NCBI GenBank assembly: GCA_964304625.1
Contig: OZ199839.1
Location: 1,924,093 to 1,988,092 of the forward strand
DNA from: Kudoa neothunni
Taxonomy: Eukaryota > Animalia > Cnidaria
Reading direction: 5' to 3'
DNA length: 64,000 nt
The notes under the pieces were generated by a model. That model searched no databases. It was not told where the DNA came from and saw only the letters and a program-made list of their open reading frames with translations. Both the position numbers and the translations under genes were made by a program. Shown one piece after another: positions 12,873-25,776 of this stretch (within the stretch, counting starts at the first letter, position 1; each line of letters starts with the position of its first letter).

Positions 12873-15769
12873 CAGGGTTGCCAGAGTTGGTACGTTTTCG
12901 CCCTACATAAAGGTATTAGTACTTTTGGTATGACTTAGACCAGCGTTTCCCTTTTATTTTTTTCCCCGCACCCCCAAACGATTATCAAGTTTACTCTCAC
13001 GCCCCTATGTTAATATTTATAAAAATATTAATGGTAAATTTGTGTTTCCTTTTTTTACTCTAAGTTTATATTCCAAATAATGCATTTTAATTTTTTAATT
13101 TTTAAAGCAATATATTAAAATAATTTTCGTGAGTTTAGTCGATTAATCACTAGTACTTTATGAATAAATTAAAAAAAGCATTCCTATGATAATCATACAT
13201 TTTAAAAGAAAGTCAAAACTTATAGCATATTTATTTTATAACATTATTAACAAAAACTTATTTTATAAAACAATTAATAAAATATCGCGTATGGACAGAT
13301 ATCTAGTTGATATATATATATAAGTTTGATATCAAATTCAGTCCACTTTAATAAGCATATAAGAGACCAAGATTCAAAAAAATGATAACACATTTAAAAA
13401 CTATTGAGTTTAATTTTGATTTATCGGCTTTCCCTCCCTTGGCGTTCTTCCACTAATAATTCAAAATCGCGGTTCCACATTTGTCAATGCGATGCGTAAA
13501 TCATTTTCTGGATTCAGTAAATTTCTATATTTATTTTTTACACACAACAAAGGTGAAAATCCTGGACTCGCACAACCAGGTCGTTGCGAAGGGATAAGAA
13601 TTTTCAATGCTCATTTTGCAAAGGATGGGTAACTGCATTGGGCATTGCACCAAAAGTTCTCAAGTGGATTTTCATTGTAACTCAACTTCATTGTGTAGTT
13701 TTCTTGAGAATCTATTAATTACTCAGTATCATTATCATCATTATTCATAGTATTAACATTAAATGAAAATGGATCAACAATCCAAATATCAGAATCTTGT
13801 AACTGGTCGAGAGAATAATAACCATCAAAGGATAATCTCAATTTATTTATGTGATACATGGTATTATTCATGATATCTTGCCTACAATGGTAACTCTTGT
13901 GAAGCCATACCGAGTATAATCCTCATTCCATTTTCTAACCTTTTGGGAAGCAACCATGATGACGCGTGGGCGATGTTAATTCGCTCATTAAATACACAGC
14001 ATTAAGTTAAAAATCTGTTAACGTCTTCATACTCCAAGATACAAGTAGACAGTATTTTATTAATAATTAATAAATTTTTAGTAAATAAATAACGATTTTT
14101 GAATTATAAATTTATATTACTTTAAAAGATAGAATGATTTTAATAGAAAGTGCACAATATAAAATCTGTTATTATTAGATTATTTCATTAACAAAATATC
14201 CCATTATATGATATTTAATTAAATACGGTAGCTCCAAACTGAATTTCTGGACTCAAATTTTTCTTTCATTCATATAGTCAGGCTTAAATTCTTAATTCAT
14301 CATAGGGTAATCTCGCACCCCCAATGATTGCTTCATGCACCACCTATAGGGAAACCCTGACTTAGACGCAAGTTGGTACATTTTAAGGTCAGTGAGTTTC
14401 GAGATATAATTATTATAAATGCATGCCACACGATGAGATAATGTGTTAGAAGACTTGGCGTAAAGTATCCTCTCATATCCCACAAATAACTCAAAGCGTC
14501 AAAATAAATACAACGACCTACAATAATTATTCGACATCGAGCGTCAGATCATATTGTATCTCTGCTGCATTAGATGACTGTCTCTTAAGGAAGTTATTCA
14601 TAAAATATTGGAAGAATGGACAGTTCTCACAACGTTTTTCAGGGTTGTACCATAAGAAAACAGGGCTAAACCCGCACCTAAAATATTTTTACCTCCACTT
14701 AAACCCATAAATAAAGTGTACTATGGTTTTTTAACTTTTTCTTAACCATAGTCAATAAATTCAAAGTTGAATCACAAGAAGAGAATTTAGATTTCATAAA
14801 CTAAGGAATTCCTTTTAAAATATTATAAAAATGATATGTAATTATTTTTTGAGAAGTCTGATCAAAAAATAACACCTTCTTGGGCTTAAATTTTAAATAC
14901 ACCTTAAATTATATATATTCATCAGAATAAGCTTTATTAGAATAAAAAGTAGAATCAGTTCAGAATGGAAATACTACTGAAATAAGTACTCAAGATCTTG
15001 TTTACTTTCTTACCAAGACTTTGCATCTCCATCTATTGCTGACGAAACAGGTATTTCAAAAGTTTTTAAAAATCGCAAATTTATGCCTATACAATTATTT
15101 GAAACGATGCATCCTGCAAATGTCCATGAAGGAAAACCCCATTCCATTATACCCCTTTCAAAGAGATTTCCAAATATTATTGTTGAAGATGAGTATTTAA
15201 ATTTTGATAGTGAGCAGATAGAACTTAGCCTGTAAGATAATGGACATTTCATTGAAAATGTCCCAAACAAATATTAGTATGAAATCGCAAATGAAAGAAG
15301 AGGAAAAACATTTAAGTATCAATCACTGTCAAAATTAATGCTGTCTTCACTTGCTTTGGCTCATTTGTCTGAATCTGCGGACAGATTATTTTCATTAGCG
15401 AGTAAATAAAATTAACAAACAGATTTACATTGGAATATGAAACAATAAATGCTCCACTATATACTGAATGTTTACGAAGAGACACCAGTCGCATGAGATA
15501 GAATCCATCTGATCAATTGACTAAAATGATGGAAAAAAATAAATCTATATGGTAAGGAGGACAAGATAATGAATAAATATTTTGATGTATAAATAGATCC
15601 TATCAACTATTTTTTCCATTTCAATTAATTTAATGTTGTTAGAATTATATTATTTGTAAATATGTACCTTTTTCAAAATTTTAGTACGATTTTATATTTG
15701 TTGGTACTATTTGGTACGTTTGTATTAAATTATTTTGGCCATATTTACAAAAATCATCTGGCAACCCTG
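12873..15769 (+). mobile_element. hAT-superfamily element remnant with CAGGGTTGCCAGA TIRs, host of a nested Charlie/Buster element
   Basis: 13-bp inverted termini CAGGGTTGCCAGA (12873) and TCTGGCAACCCTG (15769); subterminal TTGGTAC repeats at both ends; hAT dimerisation-like remnant LALAHLSESADRLFS at ~15350-15400. The flanking 8-mers differ, so no TSD. Confidence 0.72.
12941..14359 (-). mobile_element. hAT Charlie/Buster-type non-autonomous element
   Basis: Perfect 8-bp TSD ACTTAGAC (12933-12940 and 14360-14367); TIRs CAGCGTTTCCC / GGGAAACCCTG; minus-strand C-terminal transposase remnant KILIPFATTWLCES/GFSPLLCVKNKYRNLLNPENDLRIALTNVEPRF. Confidence 0.92.
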
Positions 15770-15962
15770 ATTGGAACACTCCTTCAAAGAAATAATCATA
15801 ATTTAAATTTCATAACCGAAATTGTTAAAGTGTGATGCTTGAAAACTATTAGTTTTCTTGTTTCTATGGGTTTATTCGAAACTTCAATAAATTTTTCGAA
15901 TGCTATTAAAAAAAATCTCTAGGCGAAATCTTCCCCAAGCAACGTTGGACAGTTCGCGCTAG
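15770..15962 (+). mobile_element. Helitron 3' end
   Basis: Hairpin CCAA-GCAACG-TTGG followed by CTAG (15959-15962) and a T, the canonical Helitron terminus; second copy at 5135-5317. Confidence 0.7.
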
Positions 15963-15989
15963 TTTCTATTAAAATTATACATTACATTA

Positions 15990-17554
15990 ATATGTTTGGG
16001 AAACATAAATTCAAAAATGACTAGTGTGAGGTGGTCGATATCGAATTTTAGGGTTATTTAGGTCTTCTCATATTAATTGTAACTCACAAAGATAGGCGGG
16101 AACCCATATGCGAACTTTTTAGTCTTAAAGAAAGGAAAGAAATATACCGGCAGTTGTTTTCTCTTCGATGATTCAAGCAGATTTTGATGATTTCAATATA
16201 AAAATGCAACGCAGGGATGTCGATAAATTTTGTCTTACACATGATTTATGTGATCATTGGGTTAAGATACTACCTAAATGTTTCGCTCCACATCAAAATG
16301 TAACTATCCACGAGCAACTGGCTTCATTTCGGGGTCGATGTTCATTTCGCCAATATATGCCTATGAAGCCAGCAAAATACGGCATCAAGTTCTTTTTATT
16401 GGTCGATCCAGTTATAAATTATGTTTTCAACAATTCCACATATCTTGGTAAAAGCAGTTTTGGAACTCTGCGACAATGTAACGTTGGAGAAATTGCTGTT
16501 CCTTCATTGTTGACTCCATTGTTCTACCCCGGCAGAATTATCGTAGCTGAAAATTTCTTTTCATCACATTCGTTAGCAAAAATATTGTTCGAAAAAAGAT
16601 TGACCTTCCTAGGAATTTTACGAAAAAACAAAATAGAAATTCCAAATTATATATTTCCTTTAAAAAAGTGTGTTTTATAGTAGCAAATTTGTGTTTTAAG
16701 AAAAGTTCACATAACGTCATACATATGTTAAAAAGTTGTGTGTTATCCTGTTGGCTGTTGATACAACGGACAATACTATTTCGGATGAGACATTAAAGTT
16801 CAAGCCCAATATAATACTTGATTACAACAAATCTAAAGGTGGTGTGGACAATGTCGATAGGATGTTGGCTTCTGTTTCTGTTCGCCGATTCACCAGAAGA
16901 TGGTCTTCAGTAGTGTTCTTCAATATGGTCGATTTATCTTTAGCCAACGTCTTTGCAACATATAAAGATGTATTTTACGATGCGAGGAAGATTAGACGCA
17001 CTTTTTTAAAAGAAATTGCAGAGAACCTTTATAGTCCATTGTTAATGCGAAATTCATCAGATAAGTTCATTAAGAGGAAATCACCAATTCTTCCACCAAT
17101 TAACAAAATTCCACCTATTGATGTCAAGCTTTCAAGGGGTAAATATTGTGAGCGAAAATGGACAAGTAAACTTCAAAATAGCGCAAAATTTGCAATAAAT
17201 TTTGTTCTCCTATGCACGAATCAAACGCTTATTGGAAATGTTGTGAATAAGAATATATATTAAATTTATATTATTTTGGTACATTATAACGTTAGAAATT
17301 TTTCTAATTCTGGTGATAAAACATAATTTATGTTAAAAATATGAACGAATATTGCCGTACAAGTTCGGCTCGGATTAGATGCGGATTAAATTGGAATGGT
17401 AATTATTATTGTTCGGAGATAAATGGTTAAAGTTAATCAGTGCTTAAAGATCGCCTCAGAAAATTTTTTTAAGCTAGTAAAGTAAATAAAATAATTGGGG
17501 TATTTTTTACTCCAAAGACTTCGCATGTACATCGTTTTTATGATCCGTAGAGGG
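15990..17554 (+). mobile_element. 5'-truncated piggyBac (copy D) with frameshifted transposase
   Basis: ORFs 16168-16680 (HEQLASFRGRCSFRQYMPMKPAKYGIK) and 16736-17263 (DYNKSKGGVDNVD...RRW); terminus GGG|TTAA at 17552-17558. Catalytic Asp positions read H and E, so inactive. Left boundary approximate. Confidence 0.9.
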
Positions 17555-18470
17555 TTAAGCAACTTAAAACCATTTTGCTGGGGTTGAAGCATTAATAGAA
17601 TTTTCAAAATGTACTTATCAAATAAAATATATTAATAAGTCTCAGTATACGGAGTTTATTTGCACACACCTTATAAAAAGACATCAAATTTATATATACA
17701 TATGATGATAATGTTAAATGAATGTTTGATTTAAACATGTAAATAGAATGTCAACTTCAATTATCATATTGATATAAGCGCTTTTAATCGTATTTTTTGA
17801 ATGTTAATCCTCTTGTATTAACTTCAATTCTATTACATTAATTTTAATCCGTTTAATAAATTTATCCCGATAAAATCGATGGTTTCTACATAAGTCTGAA
17901 ATGTTTTATAATGCAGTGACAATTGAAAAATTGTTACTATATCTTTAATTACTAAAAATGTCGTAAATATAGGTATAAAAGTAACAAACTTGTCGTACCT
18001 GCGTACTTGTGGACACAAAATTTCACATACCCACCGATAGAGAAAGGATAATATACAGACTAATCCGCTTAACATGTTTTAATCCAATAAAATCAGTATT
18101 TTCCAAATAATTTTGGAGCTTTTAATGAAGCAACAATAATTGAAAAAATTTTCGAAATATCTTGAACTATTAAAAGTTTAGTAAATATTTGTCTAAAAAA
18201 GGAAAAAAATTTGTCATGCGTGCATACTTATGGACACACACGAGTTGGTAAAGTTTATATATATACATAGATTTTTTAAATAGGGATAACTTATGTCGAA
18301 GAATGGATTATACGGATCTATAAGAACGATCTATACCTTTTGTATATGTTGTATATAGCATTGATCTACACATTTTTATATACCACGAATACATTGAATT
18401 GTCAATTAATCTTTTCGTTTCATTATTGTTATCTTATCCGCCCATCTGGACAAAACATCTCAGACGGAAT

Positions 18471-21400
18471 ATGATGAACTGGAAAATTTTCACTTTAAGA
18501 TTTATTGGTATTTATATTAAATTGTATGTGTGACTCTAGTCGAATATAGTCATGTTTACAATGATTCTAAAATTACATACATACACATACAATGTTGAAG
18601 GCCTAAAGAAGGAGTTGCAGAAATTGTATGCATCGAAGTCTCAAGGCCACAAACAATTAACCCATTTAGACTATCCCCCGAAATGGATATCTAGGCACGA
18701 CCCAACATACAGAGCGTATTGTCAAAGATATCTCAACACACAGCATAAATTTAGTAGGGAGTATCCTCAATTTGTTGAGACTATACAGGAAATGAAAAAG
18801 TTGATGGACAAAAATGATAATGACCGCAGTCTATATGGAAACAAGCTTAACGAACAAAATCTCCTTTTGATCAAAATTGAAAAATCATCATTTATTCATA
18901 ATTTTTTAGAGTTTAAAGCTGATTCGCTCACTGCATTAGACTATAAAAATGATTTTACTAATCGTTTAACTGAGAAACTTATTGGATTCAGACAAGATAT
19001 TCAAAAGTTTACATCATGCCATACCAATTTCAAAAACTATTTGGATGCGGTCCATAAACTGAAACCCCTAATTGATATGGATACACAATACCTTAAAACG
19101 ACCGATAGAACGATGAGTGATTATAAAAAGAAAGTGATTCAGCAAAAATTGTTCAAGAGCGTAGACAGCTGTGCAAGAAGTGGAATGCTCGGTCAGGATG
19201 TAATGAATCATGTCAGTGCTTTACAGTTACTTGAAAGATTTCCAATGCATTACGGACAATATAAAACAATTCAAAATAGAAAAGATTTATGCCACATTGG
19301 TGTTCCTATTGATACTCCTCAGAAACTGTATGAAAATACTCAAAAAAAATTGGATGAGATCAATTCTGTTATAGATCGTCACACTAAGGAATATGGTGAT
19401 AAACTCAAGGGTATATTTGCAAGTTTAAAAACGAATGATCTGCCGAGTAAAACTTTGGCGATACAAAACGATTTGACAAAGAAATTGAATGATTTGAATG
19501 GAAAAACTTCCACTAATATGGATGGATTAACAATTCAAATGATAAACGAGCAAATTTCAAAAGCTAAAACCATCCTTGACGATAATCGTGGTCATATTTC
19601 GCCGGATGTTAGCGACTTACTTCAATCCAAAATTGATTCACTGAATAAATACATAACTGCTCACTACGCTATTAATGAAAATAATAAAAAAATTGAGGAA
19701 AAGAAACGTGATATTCTTGAGAAAATTCACGAGACGCAGAATAGTCTAGACAAATTACGAATTCCTGCTGTAGATGTGGAGGGTATCAATAATGATATTG
19801 CTGAAATCGATAAAATCGTCAACGAAGAAATAAAAATTGATAATGTAGATACTATGGCAGATAAGATGACAAAGCTGCAATATAACGCTGGAGTTAAGCT
19901 AGCTGAATCTAGCTCGTCAAATTCTGAAATTCAGCTAGCATCTATTGTGAAGAAACACGACTTTCCTAGCGATATAACTAGTCTGTGTCACGACCTTGAT
20001 AACAACAAAAATAAATTTATCGAATTGATGGATGAATTCAAAAAAACAAAAGATGGGATCGAGAATATAATCTCAAATCAATTACCAGAAGCGATAAAAA
20101 CAGCAAACAAACAATATTTGGCTGAGACATTAAGTTTTGACGACCCTACGGATAAATTAAAAAAGTCAATAAAAATACTAGAAGATATTGCAAATGGCAT
20201 ACCGCTAATCGAATCTACATACAGCAACATAAGTACAAAGGTTAACAATGTGGTAGTTCGACTAGATGATTATGGTTCTCAAACGGAAGGAATAAAATCG
20301 AAATATGATACATTTATCTTATCGACTAAGTCCCACCCATCAAAAATGTTACATTCTATTGCTGTCGAAAATTTCGAACCAGTCGAAAAATCCTATGAAA
20401 CTGTTCACAAAAAAGTGACCAGTGATAAATCCACTGCTGATAATTTGAAGAAAGATATAGCTCAAATAATTAAAAATTCCAACTCTGTTAAAGCTACAAT
20501 TAACTCATTAAAACCATCTGTCGAGAAAGCTTTAAAAGACGTGGATGAAAAAAACAAATCAAAAGTTGTGCTATTTCAAAATATTTCCGAAAGTCCAATA
20601 GAATTTAAGAAAAGAGTAGCGGAGGAAATCCAACGTTTAAATCTAAATATAGATGCTGATACATTGCTAACTCAATCAGAGCTGACTCGCTCCGAGTTTG
20701 ATGCTATCCAAATTTCTCAGAATACCACATCGAATAATGTTGATGAATTGGAAGCTAAATTGGAAAATTTTACAGGTGAAGTTAATGTGGTAAGACAATC
20801 AGCAGAAACTGCTATTGATTCTGTAAATGTGAAAGGGGTTGAGCTAACAAAGCTAATTACCGAAGGTGCACAAACCTATTTGGATACTATGAAACATAAA
20901 AAATACGCCTCTGAGAAATATGATAGATTCACACATGTTAAAACAAATAAGAAAACTGAAACCAGAAAATATGCCGCAGAAAATAAAGCTTCATTCGAAG
21001 ACGTAAAACAAAAATTATCGTTTCAAAAGGACTCATTTAAAGACTTGTATAATGTTACGGCCAACTTCTATCAAACAAAGTATGGCGTAAAGCTAGACAG
21101 TTATGAGGAAAAATATAAGGAAATTAATGATGAATATGATCTTCTTTTGAAACAAACGAATTCAACAAATGATGATTTTGAACGACAGAAAAATCAGATT
21201 CTTCAAGCAATCGATAATTTTAAAAATGAAGGATCGGAAAAATACAACACTGAAATTACTTCTCTAAATGGGCTGATTAATTCGATTAAAGATTCTCTCT
21301 ATTCCATCGAAGAAAGTACTGATAGTGGTCGTTATGACAATTTGGTGGCAACGACTAGAAATGTGTTGTTGACCTATCCAGAGAAAAAGAATAATAACGA

Positions 21401-24400
21401 CGCTTATGGCAAATATATAGATACTACTATCTTAGCCATTTCCAAGATGAAGATTCCTCCTGCTAATTACGTTCAATTATCGGGTAAAATACTTGAAATT
21501 GTTAATAAAACCGAAGAATTTATGAAACAATATGAAAGTGCATTACAAGCTGAGTATGTTAAAGCAAAAAAGGTGAATTTTGAAAATGCTGAAAACCAAA
21601 AATTCTTTGATTCGACTGAAAGATATTATGGCCATGTTCAAGCTATGTCTCTAACTGGAGTGGTTGCTCCTGATACCACCCCATATAATAAGCTAGCTGC
21701 TGAAATAAAAATGGAAACTGAAATGCTCGATGGATTAAAATCACAATATCACAAATTAAATGTAGATTCGATAGTCTCAAATTTCCATCCTGATATGCGA
21801 GACTCCATAAATCGCCTAAAGCTGAATGAGGTTGTGTTGACGAGAGATATAAAAGTGGCCCTCGATGCATATGACCAATTGAACACGCGTCAAACTAATT
21901 TCAGCATTGAGAAACAATCATTTGAAAAATCTTACGGGGAAATTGAAAACTTAAAGAAGGAATACGTTTCTACAATTCAACAAATTTTAAGTATATCCGA
22001 CGATAAAAATGCGAAGGAAGACGAATTAACAACAAAGATAGATACATTGAAAGATACAAAAAAAAATTTTTTGGAGAAGATTAAGCAAAACACATTGGTT
22101 TTGAAAGAATCATATAACGATCTTCAAACAAAAAAAGCTGAATTTGAGCAGTTATCATCAACCTTAACGTCCACAGGTAGTTCATTGACATCGCTAAAAG
22201 AAGAGTTGGACACAGAATTGAGCGACCTGAAGTCTCAAAACCAGCAATTGAAAAGTAAACTTGAAGCAGCTATGCCAGTAGTTAATAAAACAGAAGACGA
22301 TGTTAAAACTTTGGCTTCAGCCAACGAACAACTCAAATCATTTGTTGATGAATATCCTAAAAAGATGCACTCACGGAAGACTGATTCTATAAAAACTGTT
22401 TATAATGCTTTAAAATCACTTAACGATATTAAATCAACCACACTCAACGAAAAAAATAAGCTTGATAAAAGAATTGATGAATTGTCCCAATTATATGAAA
22501 TTAACAAAGACAAATTCGACGCTGATATGAGACAAATAATAACTTCTCAATATGAGCGACTATTTACCAACGGAAAATATCTTGATAAACACATTGAATT
22601 ATCGGAACATGAAAATTCTAAAATTTTGGAAGCTTCAGCAGTAATAGAGGACCTTTTTAAGATTTGGTCAATGAGAATATCCTCTGATTTGACTAGCGAT
22701 CTCTCTAATCTGGATTGTTGCGTAAAAATATTAAATGGTCAACAATGTGGTTTGTTTATATCAATGGATTTTTATCAATGTGTTTCGTACACTACGAACT
22801 TTGATAGTGATATTAGAAGCAAATCAATTGAAAAATTTGCAAATGAAATGAGTGGTTCATTGGAAACAATCAAAGTTCAAAACGATAACGACGAACTTGG
22901 AGTTGAAGGGTTGAAAAACTTGGAAACAAATTCGACGATATTAAGCAAACAAATAGGTTTGCTAGAAGATTTGTTTAAAAAAGACTACAAGAGATCAAAG
23001 ATAGCGGAAGTGAAACAAAAATTCGTTGATTTCCTCGCGAACGTTGAAGACAAAGATTTAATTGTATCTTCAAGCAGAAATTCGATTTCACAAAGCGTAA
23101 GCTCAACTAAAAACAACTTAAATGGATATGGAGAACAAATTTCCAACTATGAAATAAAATATAATGAGGCAAGGAATAAATTCTCCAACTTTTCTTTGGA
23201 AGCTGATACACTAACAAAGTCAATTGGTACTGAAACAAGTAACACCTATATCATTCAAGAGATAAAGAAAAAACCTTCTATTGTTGATACTGTTTCTGGT
23301 TATAATAGCGATTTAAGTGTTGATGAGGAATTTGTGAAAAACTCGAAAACTGATATAAACAACTTCAAAACTGAACATGAAAATCTTGTTCAAATCTCCG
23401 AATCCTACGACAACAAATACACCCAGCTTAAAGGTGAGATAAAAGACTTTCAAACACAACTTGAAAGTTTAGAAAGTAATAAAGCAATAATTGAAAAAGA
23501 GGATGTTCTTAAAAACTCAGAACAAATTATAGAACATCTGAATAAAAAATTTTCGGAAATTACCTCAACTCGAAATAGTATTTTCGATGGTGAGAAAAAG
23601 ATAGAGGAATTTGATCAAAAAGTAAATGATCATTATGATAAATCCGTCTCCAAATTAAGAGAATTCACCAATAAAATTAATTACAAAATGACGCAAACTA
23701 AGTCATTTCTCGGAAGACTCAACTCACTGAAACAATCATCGTCAACTATAAACAAATCATTGGATTCCCTTTCCTCAATAAAACAGCGAATTCAAAATTT
23801 TCAAGTCAATCTGAAAAATAAAAAAGAACAATCAACTGAGCTACTCGAATCGATGAAAGAAAAGCTGATGGAAAAGACTGAAAGTGAAAACGAATTATTG
23901 GATAAAGAAAAAGAAAATATAGATATGAATATTGATAAATACTTGAACTCGTATCAAGAATTTTACGGAAAAGCTCATGTTGCCTCCGCTGATATTCCAA
24001 TTGATATTGTCACAAAAAATAATGAATATCTAGCCCTAAAGAGCTCTATACAATTGGATTATTACGATAAGAAAGGATCTATTGATACATTAAAAAAGAT
24101 TGGTAACTTACATTATGGGGACCAACAAAATTTACTAAACACCAAATATTCAAACCTGAAAACTATTTCAGACAAGGCAATCGACCAAATTGATACATTA
24201 ACTGTAGAAATTACCCATCGTGGATTTGATGACAACTCAGAGCTAACCCAAAACAAATACGATGCGTTTATATTATCGTTGAATGAATTCCTTGCTGAAA
24301 ATAAGGAAGTTTCATTTGAGATTGAAGAGTATAATGATGATGTCGAAACAAAAATTAAAGGTTATTCCATCGAAACAGAAAGAAATATTATGAAAGATGT

Positions 24401-24725
24401 TGAAAAAAATAGCGAAACGTTGACATCTTTATTAAAAAAGACCGTCAATAAAACAAACGACGAAATGATATCTGACGATATAAAAACAACCATTTCGTCT
24501 TCTAAGCCAGGCTCAACGAACTCTGAGGAGAAAGTCGAAAGGAATATAGCCACAGGAAGCATGGAAAACATAGTGGCTAAAGACTATTACATAGTCATCG
24601 AGTCATTGGCATCAATGGCAGTTATCGCTCTGATTATTGTAGCTGCTAGAATATATTACAAACATGTGAAGAAGAGAGAAATATACAAAAGATGTAGTGA
24701 AGTTTACACTAAGGTCGAGTTTTAA
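18471..24725 (+). CDS. ~2,070-aa predicted type-I membrane protein with a very long alpha-helical/coiled-coil ectodomain; orphan
   Basis: 6.17-kb uninterrupted ORF 18552-24725. A predicted 37-nt first exon (18471-18507) and 42-nt GT-AG intron (18508-18549) give a signal-peptide-like N-terminus MMNWKIFTLRFIVMFTMILKLHT. Single hydrophobic segment YYIVIESLASMAVIALIIVAARIYY, then a basic stop-transfer and a 21-aa tail ending YTKVEF. Confidence 0.85.
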
Positions 24726-25016
24726 GCTCCATATTCATGATATCCTATATAATATCATTACTTTTTATAGTTAACATATGGCATTAGATTTCATTTACTC
24801 TTTCGTTTTTTATTCGTTTTCTCTGCGAAAATTTTTTTTTATATTAAAATAAAGCCTTAGACAGGTGCGCAATAATTGTATGTTAAAAAATGGGATTTAA
24901 GAAGGTAGTTATTTCAAAATAAACCTTATCTTGTAAGGTAACGCATGAAATTTATTAAAACTTTTTAAATTGCTATAATTTCTATACAAATACATAAACA
25001 TTATTTATTGATTATG

Positions 25017-25776
25017 CAGTAGCGCAAGGCTATTACGCACTTTTAGGAATAATGTCGAAAATTCAAAATATACGAATTAACTATAGAGATAAATCGCGAG
25101 ATAAGAGTAAAATACGTCGATAAATATAATTATAGAATTAAGAAGTAATTTTTCCTTTCGGAAAAATAGGAGTGCATGCTAATTACGCATCTGAAATCTG
25201 TTGTTTGATTACATTGGCATGGTTAGTACGCAGTAGGAAAATAGGAAAAATTATCGCTCATTTGAAGAAAACGTGTAGATTATTAAATAATTGGAAAAAT
25301 CTTGAACTAAAAGTGGAAATAAAGCGAACATCGTTAAGCGCTCCGGCCTTAAATCAGTTACCATATTGAATACAATTGGATCAATAAAATAAAAAATATT
25401 TTTCAGACTTTATTTCAAGTGATTTAATATTTTTTCTTAAAATTCTTAAAATAAAAATTCAAACTATTCGATGTAAGAATGAATGAATGGATCGTACTTT
25501 CGAGAAAGAGAAATATAAAGCTTCCCAGAAAGTACAATATAATAGGAAAATAAATTAGCCAATGACATCAAAGACGACACGATAGACAACACTCCTATAA
25601 CCGTCGGTCGAGGACAGTTCCATGAGTTTGCTTCGAGAATTAGTCTAAAAATGAATAGATTAAATAGAAAATCTAAAAGAAATAAAGAAATTATTCGAGA
25701 TCCATCACACCGAAATGTTGGAACCCATTACAAAGTTTAATTTTTCATTTTTCAGAATAAAATAAACTTTGTTTAA
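25017..25776. repeat. Dispersed repeat, probable DNA-transposon remnant
   Basis: 25450-25776 aligns by eye at roughly 80% with 56451-56770. The start CAGTAGCGCAAGGCTATTACGCACTTT is nearly the reverse complement of 58974-59000. Confidence 0.65.

Noticed and set aside
21643-24571. Short antisense ORFs within the giant gene (and similar ones opposite TGR, SOD, ADAM and BICDR)
   Set aside because: Shadow ORFs of real coding sequence with no independent motifs.
24585-24725. KASH domain (nesprin) interpretation of the giant protein
   Set aside because: The post-TM tail is basic, lacks the terminal PPPX motif and looks cytoplasmic.
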